Below are positions 28,867 through 38,922 of a stretch of DNA of 64,000 nucleotides, piece by piece. The stretch is from Longimicrobiales bacterium (GTDB taxonomy: Bacteria; Gemmatimonadota; Gemmatimonadetes; Longimicrobiales; Gaopeijiaceae). The stretch spans positions 864,001-928,000 of the forward strand of contig JAWLHJ010000001.1 of the NCBI GenBank assembly GCA_041690395.1, written 5' to 3'. The translations under genes and the position numbers were made by a program. Position 1 is the first letter of the stretch. The number at the start of each line of letters is the position of its first letter. The notes beneath the pieces are model-generated. The model worked only from the letters and a program-made list of their open reading frames with translations, was not told the origin of the DNA and did not search any database.

Positions 28867-29819
28867 GCACGGCTGACGCACTCGGCCGCGCGGGCTCGCC
28901 CGACCCGAGCCGCGGCCCGACCGAGACCCCATCCGGCATCGCGCCCGGCGGATACCGCCTCCCCGGGGCCGCCCGGGTGGGCGCAGTCCGCCTGTTGGTC
29001 GGCGACCTCGACCGCTCCCTCGACTGGTATACCGGCGTGCTCAGCTTCGACGTCCTGGAGCGCGCGGAGCGCCGGAGTGCGCGCGGGCACGAGGACGTCG
29101 ACGGTCGCTGGGCCGCTCTGGGCCCGTCGGCCGGCCCCGTGCTCGTAGAGCTGTACGAGCGCCCCGGCGCCCACCCGGTCTCGCGTCGCGGGAGGCTCGG
29201 TCTCTTCCATTTCGCCGTGCTGCTCCCGGATCGCGCCGCGCTCGGACGGTTCGTCCGGCACGCGGAGGGCATGCGAGAGCCGGTCGGGGCCTCGGACCAC
29301 CGGGTGAGCGAGGCCGTCTACCTGCACGACCCGGACGGCCTCGGAGTGGAGGTCTATGCGGACCGCCCGCGCGATACCTGGCGTCATCGCGGCCGCGAGG
29401 TCGAGATGACGACCGAGCCGCTCGACCTTCCTGATCTGCTGGCCGCCGCCGGAGGCGAGCCGTGGGCAGGCATGCCGGAGGGCACGACGATCGGACACGT
29501 ACACCTGCACGTCGGCGCCCTCGACGAGGCCGAGCGGTTCTACCACGAAGGACTCGGCCTCGACAAGATGGTGTGGAGCTACCCGGGGGCCCTCTTCCTC
29601 GCGGCCGGCGGATACCACCACCACCTGGGCGTCAACACGTGGGCCGCCGGCGCGGCGGCACCCTCGGACGACGATGCGCGCCTGCTGGAGTGGGAGCTCG
29701 TGGTGCCGACCGAAACCGACGCCACGAGCGCGCTCCACGCGGTGGGCGCCGACCCGGCAGAGAGCGGGCTGGCGCGCGATCTCTGGGGGACGGCCGTGCG
29801 CGTTCGGACCCCGGCGTGA
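28863..29819 (+). CDS. VOC family protein (CatE-like catechol 2,3-dioxygenase)
   Basis: GLFHFAVLLP, SDHRVSEAVYLHDPDG, IGHVHLHV, AGGYHHHLGVNTW. Confidence 0.9.
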   Translation: MSTADALGRAGSPDPSRGPTETPSGIAPGGYRLPGAARVGAVRLLVGDLDRSLDWYTGVLSFDVLERAERRSARGHEDVDGRWAALGPSAGPVLVELYERPGAHPVSRRGRLGLFHFAVLLPDRAALGRFVRHAEGMREPVGASDHRVSEAVYLHDPDGLGVEVYADRPRDTWRHRGREVEMTTEPLDLPDLLAAAGGEPWAGMPEGTTIGHVHLHVGALDEAERFYHEGLGLDKMVWSYPGALFLAAGGYHHHLGVNTWAAGAAAPSDDDARLLEWELVVPTETDATSALHAVGADPAESGLARDLWGTAVRVRTPA

Positions 29820-29858
29820 TATCATCCGCCATCGATCCACGCCCGACCCGAGCCCATC

Positions 29859-30389
29859 ATGAAGACCTACCGCACGCTCCGCCCCGTCGAAGGTGAATAC
29901 GCGCCATTCTACGCAGGGTACATCGCGAACGTCCCGGACGGGGACATCGTCGCGACGCTCGCCCACACCGCCGACGGCGCCAGCGAGCTTCTCGGCGGCG
30001 TCTCCGAGGAGGTCGCCGAGCTGGCCTATGCCCCCGGCAAGTGGACCCTGAAGGAAGTCGTTCAGCACTGCGCGGACGCGGAGCGGATCTTCGCCTACCG
30101 CGCGCTTCGGATCGGGCGCGCGGACACGACCGATCTGGCCGGGTGGGACGAGCAGGCCTACATGGAGCCCGCCCGTGCCAACGAGCGGACGCTGCTTTCG
30201 CTCACCGACGAGCTCAGGTCGACGCGCGAGGCGACGCTCAGCCTGCTCGAGGGTCTCCCCGAAGACGCATGGCCGCGTCGCGGCCGCGCCAACGGAATGG
30301 AGGTGACCGTGCGGGGCATCGCCTGGATCACTGCGGGACACCTCCTCCACCACCTCGGCATCGTCCGGGAGCGCTACCTGGGGATGTAG
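29859..30389 (+). CDS. DinB family protein
   Basis: YAPGKWTLKEVVQH, ERIFAYRALR, AGHLLHH. Confidence 0.9.
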   Translation: MKTYRTLRPVEGEYAPFYAGYIANVPDGDIVATLAHTADGASELLGGVSEEVAELAYAPGKWTLKEVVQHCADAERIFAYRALRIGRADTTDLAGWDEQAYMEPARANERTLLSLTDELRSTREATLSLLEGLPEDAWPRRGRANGMEVTVRGIAWITAGHLLHHLGIVRERYLGM

Positions 30390-30734
30390 CAGGTCGCTGA
30401 AACAGGGGAGCACCCCGGACCCGTGCTGCGCACGGGTGCCCCGGGAGCGCCACGGCCCCGAGCCGTAGGCGGAGCGACGACCGCATAGCCATAGCTACGC
30501 GGAGGAGCTCCAACGACCGGAACGGGGCCGTGCCGCCCCAACCCTTCAGCATGTAAGATCATATCATTCCGCTTGGTGGGCGCATGGGGGTTTCGCCGGT
30601 GATGCGGCGTCACTCCTCGCTCGCCGTAGCGCTGCTATGGCTCGTCGTCGTTCCTTGCCTGACCAGCGAAAGCGCGGGGCACCCGCGCCGTAGGCGTGGG
30701 TCGCGCGGGGTGCTCCCCCGTTTCAGCGACCTGC
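30389..30734. mobile_element. 346-bp MITE/REPIN-like non-autonomous element
   Basis: 29-bp terminal inverted repeats GCAGGTCGCTGAAAC(A/G)GGGGAGCACCCCG, 28/29 match; no transposase ORF. Confidence 0.7.
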
Positions 30735-30804
30735 CGGGCTGATCCCTCTCGGGTGGGTTTCCGGTCCTTCCTCGTGATGATCTCACCGAGGAGGACTCTG
30801 GAAG

Positions 30805-31971
30805 ATGCCGTGTCCGTTCGCCCCACTCGCGCGCTTCGCGTCGATCGCCCCCCGAGACCCGACTCGTCGGGTCGGGGCCGGGTCGCGTCGCCTCCCTCCG
30901 GCCCGGCATGCGGGCGTCCGCCAGGGCACGGCGCGCTTCGACGGCATCGACCGATTCGCGGTCGGGCTGCTCACCGCCGGCCTCGTGGTGCTCGCGGTCG
31001 GCACCTGGCTCGAGCCTCCCTCGTCCGTCGTCGAGGCTGTCCGGCTGCACTACCCCGACTGGGCGCCGGGACTCGTCACGGACGGCATTCTTCTGCTCGT
31101 CGTCAACTCGATCCTGCGTAGGCACGACCGGAAGCGTACCCTCGCGCAGATCGGGAGCCTCTCGCGCGAGTTCGCGCTGGATGCCGTCCGGCGGGCCCGA
31201 AGCGACGGGTGGCTGAGCGACGGGGCGATGCGTGGCCTCGATCTCTCCCGGGCGGCGCTCGGTAGCGTGGATCTGTCCGGGAGTGACATGAGGGACGTCG
31301 ACCTGTCGTTCTCGGACCTCACGGGGGCGTCTCTCGCCTACGCCGACCTGCGTGGCATCGACCTGACCGGCACGGACCTCTCCGGCGCCGATCTGCGCTG
31401 GAGCGACCTGACGGGTGCGAGGCTGTCGTGGGCCGATCTCAGGGGCGCGCTGCTCGACGGGACCCGCCTGGAACGCGTGGACGCCCGCTTCGCTTCGGTG
31501 GATGCTCGGCAGTCCGGCCTGCCCGGCTTGGGGGAGGCGGTCGAGGACGGGTTCCTCAGCGCCGGCGAGGTCATGGAAGTGAGGGCCACCCTCCAGCTCC
31601 TGGCCGAAGCCGGTTCTGGGCCCGTGGAGAGGTTCTACGAGTGGCTCTTCCGCGAGGTGCCCGACGTCCGGCCGATGTTCCAGGGTGAGCCCGGGCCGCA
31701 GGCCAGGAAGTTCCTGCAGAGCCTGAAGGTCATCGTCGCGGCTCTGGACGCGCCGCAGCAGCATGTTCCCGTGCTTCAGAGGCTGGGAGAGCGTCACCGC
31801 CAGTACGGCGTGCGGCCCGAGCACTACCCGGTCGTTGCGCGCGGGCTCCTGCTTGCGATCGAGGAGGCGCTCGGTCCCGCGCTGACTCCGGCGGCCAGAT
31901 CCGCTTGGACGAGGGCGTTGGATCTGGTCGGGGAAGTGATGACCGGAGGGGGGATCCGGACGCCGTCCTGA
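30805..31971 (+). CDS. membrane protein with pentapeptide repeats and C-terminal globin domain; start uncertain
   Basis: two hydrophobic segments; ADLRG/TDLSG repeats; FYEWLF...PMF...Q...LGERHRQYGVRPEHY. Confidence 0.8.
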   Translation: MPCPFAPLARFASIAPRDPTRRVGAGSRRLPPARHAGVRQGTARFDGIDRFAVGLLTAGLVVLAVGTWLEPPSSVVEAVRLHYPDWAPGLVTDGILLLVVNSILRRHDRKRTLAQIGSLSREFALDAVRRARSDGWLSDGAMRGLDLSRAALGSVDLSGSDMRDVDLSFSDLTGASLAYADLRGIDLTGTDLSGADLRWSDLTGARLSWADLRGALLDGTRLERVDARFASVDARQSGLPGLGEAVEDGFLSAGEVMEVRATLQLLAEAGSGPVERFYEWLFREVPDVRPMFQGEPGPQARKFLQSLKVIVAALDAPQQHVPVLQRLGERHRQYGVRPEHYPVVARGLLLAIEEALGPALTPAARSAWTRALDLVGEVMTGGGIRTPS

Positions 31972-32014
31972 TCGTTATCCTTCAGGGTGATCAACCCGAA
32001 CCGGAGTCCACGTC

Positions 32015-34090
32015 TTGACGTCCGAATCCGCGAGTCCGTCCTCCGAGTCCAATCCGCTCCTCGCCGAGTTCGAGCTGCCGCTCGGATACCCCCCCTTCGA
32101 TCTCATCGAGCCAAGGCATTTCGGCCCGGCGTTCGATGTCGGTATGGAGGAGCAGCGTGCCGAGGTCACGGCGATCGCGGCCGATACCCGCGCCCCCACG
32201 TTCGAGAACACGCTCGAAGCCCTCGAACGGACCGGACGGACCCTCCAACGGGTGAAGCTGGTCTTCTTCAACCTCGTGGGCGCGCACACGAACGACGCGC
32301 TCGAGGCGCTCCGCACCGAGCTGTCGCCGAAGCTCGCGGCGCACAGCGACGCGATCCTGCTGGACGCCGACCTCTTCCGACGCATCGACACCCTGCACCG
32401 GAAGCTCGACGAGCTGGGACTCGACGCGGAGGCGCGCCGGCTGGTCGAGCGGTATCACGAGATCTTCGTGCGGGCCGGGGCTCGACTCGACGAGGACGCC
32501 AAGACGCTCCTCAAGGCGCTGAACGCGGAGCTCGCGGAGCTTTCGACCCGGTTCAGTCAGAACGTCCTCCACGAGGTGAACGACTCGGCGATCGTCGTCG
32601 ACGACCGTGAGGAGTTGCGGGGCCTGACCGCCGGCGAGATCGCCACGGCGCGTCGGGCCGCCGAGGAGCGCGGAATGGAGGGGCAGTGGGTGCTTCCGCT
32701 CCAGAACACGAGCGGCCAGCCGGTGCTGGCCTCGCTCGAGGACCGCGCGCTGCGCCGGCGGATCCTCGAAACGTCGCTGACGCGTGGAAGCCGTGGCGGC
32801 GCCTACGACAACCGGGAGATCGTGAGCCGGGTCACGCGCCTGCGAGCCGAGCGTGCCCATCTGCTGGGGTACGAGCACCACGCCGCCTACGTCCTCGAGG
32901 ACCAGACCGCCCGCACGGCCGAGGCGGTCAATGAGCGGCTCGTCGAGCTCGTCCCGCCCGCCGTACGCAACGCGCATCGCGAGGCGGAGGCGCTCCAGGA
33001 GCTGATCGACGCGGAAGGAGACGGGTTCGGCCTGGAGGCGTGGGACTGGGCGTTCTACGCGGAGAAGCGACGGAGCTCCCTCCACGACATCGATCAGAAC
33101 GCGCTCCGGGCGTACTTCGAGCTGGACGCGGTGCTCGAACGCGGGCTCTTCCACGCGGCGCGGGTGCTCTTCGGCCTCGACATGGAGGAGCGGACGGATC
33201 TTCCGACCTACCATCCCGACGTTCGCGTCTGGAACGTGCGGTCCGAGAACGGCGAGGTCATCGCGCTGTTCCTGGCGGATCTGTATGCTCGCCCCTCCAA
33301 GCGCGGCGGCGCCTGGATGAACTCCTACGTCAGGCAGAGCGACCTTCTCGGTGACCGGCCGGTCATCTCGAACCACCAGAACGTCACCAAGCCGGCGGAA
33401 GGCGAGCCGACGCTGCTGACGCTCGACGAGGTGAACACGCTGTTCCACGAGTTCGGGCACGGACTGCACGGAATCCTGTCCGACGTCCGTTACCCGCTGT
33501 TCTCCGGCACGTCGGTGCCCCGGGACTTCGTGGAGTTTCCGTCCCAGTTCAACGAGGTATGGGCGCTTTGGCCGGACATCCTCGCGAACTATGCTGTGCA
33601 CCACGAGACGGGAGCGCCGATGCCGCCCGAGGTCGCGGACAAGGTGCGCGAGATGCGGCGGTTCAACCAGGGATACGCCACGACCGAATACCTCGCGGCG
33701 TGCGTCGTCGATCAGGCCCTCCACCAGCTCTCGCCCGATGAGGTGCCCTCGGCCGACGAGCTGCTGGCGTTCGAGGCTCGTGTGCTGTCGGACGCTGGCT
33801 TCGACATCGACGCGGTGCCGCCTCGTTACAGGATCCCGTACTTCTCGCACATCATGGGCGGGTATGCTGCCGGATACTACGCCTACATCTGGGCCGAAGT
33901 GCTCGACGCCGACGCGGTGGCGTGGTTCGAAGAGCGGGGCGGTCCCCGGCGGGAGACCGGCGAGCACCTCAGGAAGACCGTGCTCTCGAAGGGAGGCAGC
34001 GTGGACGCGACCGAGATGTACCGGGCGTTCCGCGGCCGTGACGCCGACGTGGCGCCGCTTCTGCGGCGGCGGGGCCTCGCGCGCCGTTGA
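32015..34090 (+). CDS. dcp: M3 family peptidyl-dipeptidase
   Basis: KRGGAWM, FHEFGHGLHG, RDFVEFPSQ, GYAAGYYAYIWAEVLDAD. Confidence 0.9.
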   Translation: MTSESASPSSESNPLLAEFELPLGYPPFDLIEPRHFGPAFDVGMEEQRAEVTAIAADTRAPTFENTLEALERTGRTLQRVKLVFFNLVGAHTNDALEALRTELSPKLAAHSDAILLDADLFRRIDTLHRKLDELGLDAEARRLVERYHEIFVRAGARLDEDAKTLLKALNAELAELSTRFSQNVLHEVNDSAIVVDDREELRGLTAGEIATARRAAEERGMEGQWVLPLQNTSGQPVLASLEDRALRRRILETSLTRGSRGGAYDNREIVSRVTRLRAERAHLLGYEHHAAYVLEDQTARTAEAVNERLVELVPPAVRNAHREAEALQELIDAEGDGFGLEAWDWAFYAEKRRSSLHDIDQNALRAYFELDAVLERGLFHAARVLFGLDMEERTDLPTYHPDVRVWNVRSENGEVIALFLADLYARPSKRGGAWMNSYVRQSDLLGDRPVISNHQNVTKPAEGEPTLLTLDEVNTLFHEFGHGLHGILSDVRYPLFSGTSVPRDFVEFPSQFNEVWALWPDILANYAVHHETGAPMPPEVADKVREMRRFNQGYATTEYLAACVVDQALHQLSPDEVPSADELLAFEARVLSDAGFDIDAVPPRYRIPYFSHIMGGYAAGYYAYIWAEVLDADAVAWFEERGGPRRETGEHLRKTVLSKGGSVDATEMYRAFRGRDADVAPLLRRRGLARR

Positions 34091-34093
34091 TCG

Positions 34094-35119
34094 ATGTACA
34101 GGTCCTGTATGTTCTGCAACGGGGCGCTCGGGGAAAACGAGGTCCTCGAGTCGTTCCCGGTCGGGAGGCGACTGGCCTTCGACGCGGAGCGCGGTCGCCT
34201 CTGGGTCGTCTGCCGGCGTTGTGAGCGCTGGAACCTCTCGCCGCTCGAGGAGCGGTGGGAGGCCGTCGAGACGTGCGAGCGCCTCTACCGGGATACCCGG
34301 GTGCGGGTGTCGACCGACCAGATCGGGCTGGCGCGGCTCCGTGAAGGACTCGAGCTCGTGCGCATCGGTGAGCCGCTCCGGGGCGAGTTCGCGGCCTGGC
34401 GCTACGGAGACCAGTTCGGCCGCCGCCGGAAGAAAGCACTCCTCTATGGAGCAGGCGGAGCGGTCGTGATGGGCGGGTTCGTGGTGGGCGGTGCCGCCGC
34501 CGGCGTGATCGGCACGGCGGTTCTCGGACAGACGGGTAACCTCTGGAACCTGTGGCTCAACGGCCGCACGCTCGTGAAGCTGAGGCCGAACGACGGCCGG
34601 GTGATTCGCCTGAAACGCATGGATCTCCTCGGTACGCGGTTGCGGCCCGACCCGGACGTATCGAGCGCGTTCACGCTCGAGGCCCGGAAGGGGAAGCGGC
34701 GGGAGTCGTTCGAGGGAGACGAGGCCCGCCGCCTGGCCGGCCAGATCGTACCGGCGATCAACCGCGGCGGCGCGAAGCGCGACGTCGTCCAATCGGCGGT
34801 GTCCGAGATCGAGCGGATCGGCCACCCGGAGGCGTTCATGGCCGACGTCGTGCGGGGTGACCGGTTCGCGGACAAGAAGGGTGTGCCCGGCTACATCAAC
34901 AAGATGCCGAGGGAGCTCAAGCTCGCCGTAGAGATGGCGCTGCACGAAGAGCAGGAGCGCAGAGCTCTCGAAGGAGAGCTCTGGCTGCTCGAGCGGGCAT
35001 GGGAGGAGGCCGAGGAGATCGCCGAGATCGCGGATTCACTGCTGCTCCCCGATGGAGCCGAGGACTTCATCGAGGAGCAGCGGAGGGCCACCCCCGAGAC
35101 CGAGCAGGACGACGCCTGA
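34094..35119 (+). CDS. hypothetical protein with N-terminal CxxC...CxxC zinc ribbon
   Basis: CMFC, CRRC, central TM, acidic C-terminus. Confidence 0.75.
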   Translation: MYRSCMFCNGALGENEVLESFPVGRRLAFDAERGRLWVVCRRCERWNLSPLEERWEAVETCERLYRDTRVRVSTDQIGLARLREGLELVRIGEPLRGEFAAWRYGDQFGRRRKKALLYGAGGAVVMGGFVVGGAAAGVIGTAVLGQTGNLWNLWLNGRTLVKLRPNDGRVIRLKRMDLLGTRLRPDPDVSSAFTLEARKGKRRESFEGDEARRLAGQIVPAINRGGAKRDVVQSAVSEIERIGHPEAFMADVVRGDRFADKKGVPGYINKMPRELKLAVEMALHEEQERRALEGELWLLERAWEEAEEIAEIADSLLLPDGAEDFIEEQRRATPETEQDDA

Positions 35120-35139
35120 GCCTCGGGGGTGGCGCGGCG

Positions 35140-36459
35140 CTACTGCATCGTCGTGCCCCGGAGCCGGGTCGCGAGCGCGTCACGGTCGAGCGCGACGCCC
35201 CTCAGGTAGACCTCGGCGATGCGGCGGGTGTTGGTGATGTCGTCGAGCGGGTTGGCGTCGAGCACCACGAAGTCGGCCACGTTACCGGTGTCGAACGTGC
35301 CCGCGTTCAACCCGAAGAGCGCGGCGGAGTTGCCGGTGGCCGCGGTGATGACCTCGGCGGGGGTCATGCCCGCGCGTACCATGTCCTCGAGCTCCAGGTG
35401 GGCGGCCCAGGGCGAGCTCCCGTCCGTCCCGAAGGCGATGTGCGCTCCGGCCTCGTTGAGGCGTGAGAGATTCTCGGCCTGGATCGCGAACGCCTCCTGC
35501 TGGGCCCGGAGCTGGGTCTCGGAGGGCTGGTTCGGCCGGGTCTCCTCCGCGGGAGCGGTCGTGATCCAGGAGAGGTCCGAGGGCATGCCCGGGCTGGGCA
35601 GGTTCGGGATCAGGGCCACGTCCCCGCGCTCCTCCCAGAGCTGAAGCAGCTCGTCGTCGAGGACCTGGTCGCGGATGCCGTGGGCGAACATGTCGACGCC
35701 CGCCCGGAGCAGGCCCTTGGCGTCTTCGAGCCGGAAGATGTGCGCCGCGACCTGAAGGTCGTTCTGGTGCGCCTCGTCGATCACGGCGGTGTAGAGCGGC
35801 TCGGAAAGGCGCTCGTACTGACCCCCGCGGTCGTCGACCCATATCTTGACGAGATCGACGTCCGCCTCGGCCAGCTCGGCGACGGCGCCGCGGGCCCCCT
35901 CCACCGTGGTGACCCAGTGCGGCACCTCGGAGCGGCCGGGCTCCGGGGCGGTGATGCCGCGGCCCGCGACGAGCGAGCGCGCCCCGTCGACGATCGGCTG
36001 GTCGCGGAGCTCGAACGGCACCGTGCCCTCGTCCAGCCCCATGCTGACCACCGTCCCCTGCCCGTAGTACGCCATGTGCCGAAGCTGGTCCTCCCGTTCG
36101 GCCCGGTCGAGGGAGAGGTGGATGTGCGCGTTCACCAGCGCCGGAATGACGGTCTTGCCGGTGAGGTCGACCCGCGTGCCGCCGGCCGGAACGGTCACGC
36201 TCGCCGCCGGGCCCACCACCGTGAAGTGGCCGTTCTCGACGACGAAGACGGCGTTCTCGATCGGGGCGCTCCCGTCGCCGGGAATGACGCGGGCGCCCTC
36301 GTAGATGACGACGTCCGACGTGCCCTCGGCGTCGGAGGCGGCATCGGTGTCCGAGCCACCGCAGGCCACTGCACCCGCGAGGAGGAGGACCGTGGCCGCC
36401 TGGCGGGCACGGGAGAAGGCCAAGAGGGCCAGGGACGATCTTGGGGCTGTCGGAAGCAT
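35140..36459 (-). CDS. amidohydrolase family lipoprotein
   Basis: PALVNAHIH, VKIWVDDR, FGTDG, ADFVVLDANPL. Confidence 0.85.
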   Translation of the reverse strand: MLPTAPRSSLALLAFSRARQAATVLLLAGAVACGGSDTDAASDAEGTSDVVIYEGARVIPGDGSAPIENAVFVVENGHFTVVGPAASVTVPAGGTRVDLTGKTVIPALVNAHIHLSLDRAEREDQLRHMAYYGQGTVVSMGLDEGTVPFELRDQPIVDGARSLVAGRGITAPEPGRSEVPHWVTTVEGARGAVAELAEADVDLVKIWVDDRGGQYERLSEPLYTAVIDEAHQNDLQVAAHIFRLEDAKGLLRAGVDMFAHGIRDQVLDDELLQLWEERGDVALIPNLPSPGMPSDLSWITTAPAEETRPNQPSETQLRAQQEAFAIQAENLSRLNEAGAHIAFGTDGSSPWAAHLELEDMVRAGMTPAEVITAATGNSAALFGLNAGTFDTGNVADFVVLDANPLDDITNTRRIAEVYLRGVALDRDALATRLRGTTMQ

Positions 36460-36550
36460 CGGATGCTCGCGGTTGGAGTTTCGCTCAGCGTGAACGCGTA
36501 GCACGCGCGGGAACCGCCGGCAAGGGCGAGCGCCGCGGAGCCTCGCCGGC

Positions 36551-37285
36551 TCAGTCCCGCAGGAAGTACTCCACCGTCGCCACGATCCTCACCGTCTTCT
36601 CGATGCGGTTCTCCTGGCTGATGCCGGGTGCCGGATCACGCGGCAGGATCTCGAACACGCCCTGGTTCGCGCGCCGGATGCCGCCTAGGTCGCTCTCGGA
36701 ATCGCGCGCGAACTCGATGGCCGCCTCCCGGGCGCGCGCCGTCGCTTCGGCGATCATCTCTGGCTTCACGTCGTTGAGTCCGCGGAAGATGTACGTGGGG
36801 CCGCCCGGTCCCCACTCCTGGCCCGAAACCAGAACCACGCCCGAGCCCACGAGGCGGCCGATGTCCTGGCTGGCGGACTGGACCCGCGGGGGATCCTCCG
36901 AGCGCACGACCACGGTCTGTGTGACCGAGAACCGGTTCTCCACGGGCCCTTGCTGGTAGGGGTTCGCCGAGGCGTCGGTCACGCGTAGGCCCTGCACCTG
37001 CACCAGATCCGCGGAGATCTCATGACTCTCCAGGAACTCGAGGGTCAGCTCGAGATTCCGGGCCACGCTCCGCTGGACGGCCGCCAGGTCGTTGCCGCCG
37101 GCGGAGAACTGGAGCGTCCAGACGGCGAGGTCCGCCTCGACCTCCCGCTCGGCCACCCCCTTCACGGTCACGAAGCGGTCGCCGAGCCGCGCTTCGGCGA
37201 CGCCCTTGCCGGCCATCAGTCCGCCGAGGGCCAGGCCGGTAGCAATCAGGGCGGCGGGAATCCAGAAGCGGGCGGTGTCGGGCAT
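36551..37285 (-). CDS. SIMPL (DUF541) domain protein
   Basis: VTVKGVAEREVEADLAVW, KPEMIAEAT, LGGIRRANQG. Confidence 0.9.
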   Translation of the reverse strand: MPDTARFWIPAALIATGLALGGLMAGKGVAEARLGDRFVTVKGVAEREVEADLAVWTLQFSAGGNDLAAVQRSVARNLELTLEFLESHEISADLVQVQGLRVTDASANPYQQGPVENRFSVTQTVVVRSEDPPRVQSASQDIGRLVGSGVVLVSGQEWGPGGPTYIFRGLNDVKPEMIAEATARAREAAIEFARDSESDLGGIRRANQGVFEILPRDPAPGISQENRIEKTVRIVATVEYFLRD

Positions 37286-37424
37286 GATGTCTCGAGCGGA
37301 GCGGGTGGAGCCGTACGTGATGGACACCGCACGATACACCGCAGCGCTCGCGGGTGCTCCCGCGTCGCTGTAGGCTACCTGCGTATCCCCTCGGATTCCC
37401 TCAGACGCACCGAGCCGTCCAGCC

Positions 37425-38273
37425 ATGCTCCGACTCCCATCGATCCGGACCTCCCCTGCCGTCGCGGCACTCTTCTGCCTGCTCTCGGCCTCACCGGCCG
37501 TAACGGCCCCGGCCGCCGCCCAGGAGCCCACCACCCGCGAGATGAACCTCCTCGGCTGGCAGGAGTTCGCCGAGTTGGTGCCGGGGCGCATCGAAACCGT
37601 GCTGGTGCCGACCGGCACCCTCGAAGCGCACGGCGTCGCGCCGAACGGCTCCGACAACCTGGCCCCGGAAGCGATGGCGCGGGCGCTCGCCCCGCGCCTG
37701 AACGCCCTGGTCGCGCCGACGTTGAACTACGGGGTGACGGGCGATCTCGACGCCTTCCCCGGCACCTTCCGCATCGGTGAGGAGGCCTACGAGGCCTTCA
37801 TGGAGGACCTGCTGACCGGGCTCGCCGGGAACGGCTTCCTCAACATCATCGTGCTCAACGGGCACGGGGGACCGCAGACGGCCATCCTGAGCCGCGTGGC
37901 CGGCAGGGTCGGCCGGGAGCATCGGGTGCGCACGCTCGTGACCAACTGGTGGGCGCTCACGAGCGACATCACCTTCGAGGTGTTCGGAGAGGATGGCGGA
38001 CACGCCGGGAACAACGAGACGGCGTACATGCAGGCGGTCACGCCGGACCACGTCCATCCGGAGCGCTACGACCGGGACATGGCGTCGGCCGGAATCGCGG
38101 GCGCCACCCCCTACCCGTTCCCCTCGTCGATCATCCTGTACCAGGCGGGGCAGGGGTACCCGACGTTCGATGCGGAGCAGGCGGGGACCTACTTCGAGCG
38201 CGTGAACGAGCGGATGGGTGACGTGATCGAGGAGACCATCCGACGGTGGGACCTGGCGGGACTGTTCCGGTAG
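37425..38273 (+). CDS. creatininase family protein
   Basis: PTGTLEAHG, LNGHGG, GHAGNNET. Confidence 0.85.
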   Translation: MLRLPSIRTSPAVAALFCLLSASPAVTAPAAAQEPTTREMNLLGWQEFAELVPGRIETVLVPTGTLEAHGVAPNGSDNLAPEAMARALAPRLNALVAPTLNYGVTGDLDAFPGTFRIGEEAYEAFMEDLLTGLAGNGFLNIIVLNGHGGPQTAILSRVAGRVGREHRVRTLVTNWWALTSDITFEVFGEDGGHAGNNETAYMQAVTPDHVHPERYDRDMASAGIAGATPYPFPSSIILYQAGQGYPTFDAEQAGTYFERVNERMGDVIEETIRRWDLAGLFR

Positions 38274-38292
38274 CGGGCGGAACCGGCCCGCC

Positions 38293-38922
38293 CTATCCCC
38301 CCAGCGCCGCCTGGAACACGCGGTCGAGCTCGTTCAGCCTGGCCGTCTCGTCCCTCAGCTCCAGGAGCCGCTGATGCCAGGCCGGGTCGACGCTGATCGT
38401 CTGGGCAAGGCGGAACGACGTCTCCTGGTCGGGTCGGAGCTCCGGCAGCTGCTCCGGCCGCTCGGCGAGCGACGCTACCACGGCGTGGAAGAGGTGGATC
38501 GACTCCTGGCGGCGGGCGGCGAGAAGCTCGTCGGGGAGGGGGTCGATGTCCCGGTAGGGGCTCACCAACGCCTCGTAGTAGAGGCTCTTGGACTCGATGC
38601 CGTCGACGATGCCGAAGCGCTCGATCCCGCGCACGCCGATCAACGAGCGTCCGTCCTCCAGGAGCTGGTGCTCGCGGATCTCGGCGACGCATCCGACGCG
38701 CCCTTCTTCGAAGAGGAACGGGCCCTGTTGGTCCCAGTCGTGATACACGAGACCGAAACGCCGATCGGACGCGAGGCAGTCGGCGACCATCTCGCGGTAG
38801 CGGGGCTCGAAGACGTGGAGTGGCATCGAGGCCCCCGGCAGCAGCACCACCGGGAGCGGGAAGAGCGGCAGCCGGTAACGGCGCTCGGGCTCGAAGGCGG
38901 AGTCCGGGTCGGAGAAGCTCAC
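38293..38922 (-). CDS. LON peptidase substrate-binding domain protein
   Basis: LPLFPLPVVLLPG, LHVFEPRYREM. Confidence 0.85.
   Translation of the reverse strand: MSFSDPDSAFEPERRYRLPLFPLPVVLLPGASMPLHVFEPRYREMVADCLASDRRFGLVYHDWDQQGPFLFEEGRVGCVAEIREHQLLEDGRSLIGVRGIERFGIVDGIESKSLYYEALVSPYRDIDPLPDELLAARRQESIHLFHAVVASLAERPEQLPELRPDQETSFRLAQTISVDPAWHQRLLELRDETARLNELDRVFQAALGG

Noticed and set aside
31991..34945. 984-aa minus-strand ORF and similar long antisense ORFs throughout
   Set aside because: Antisense shadows of well-supported genes, expected at this GC content
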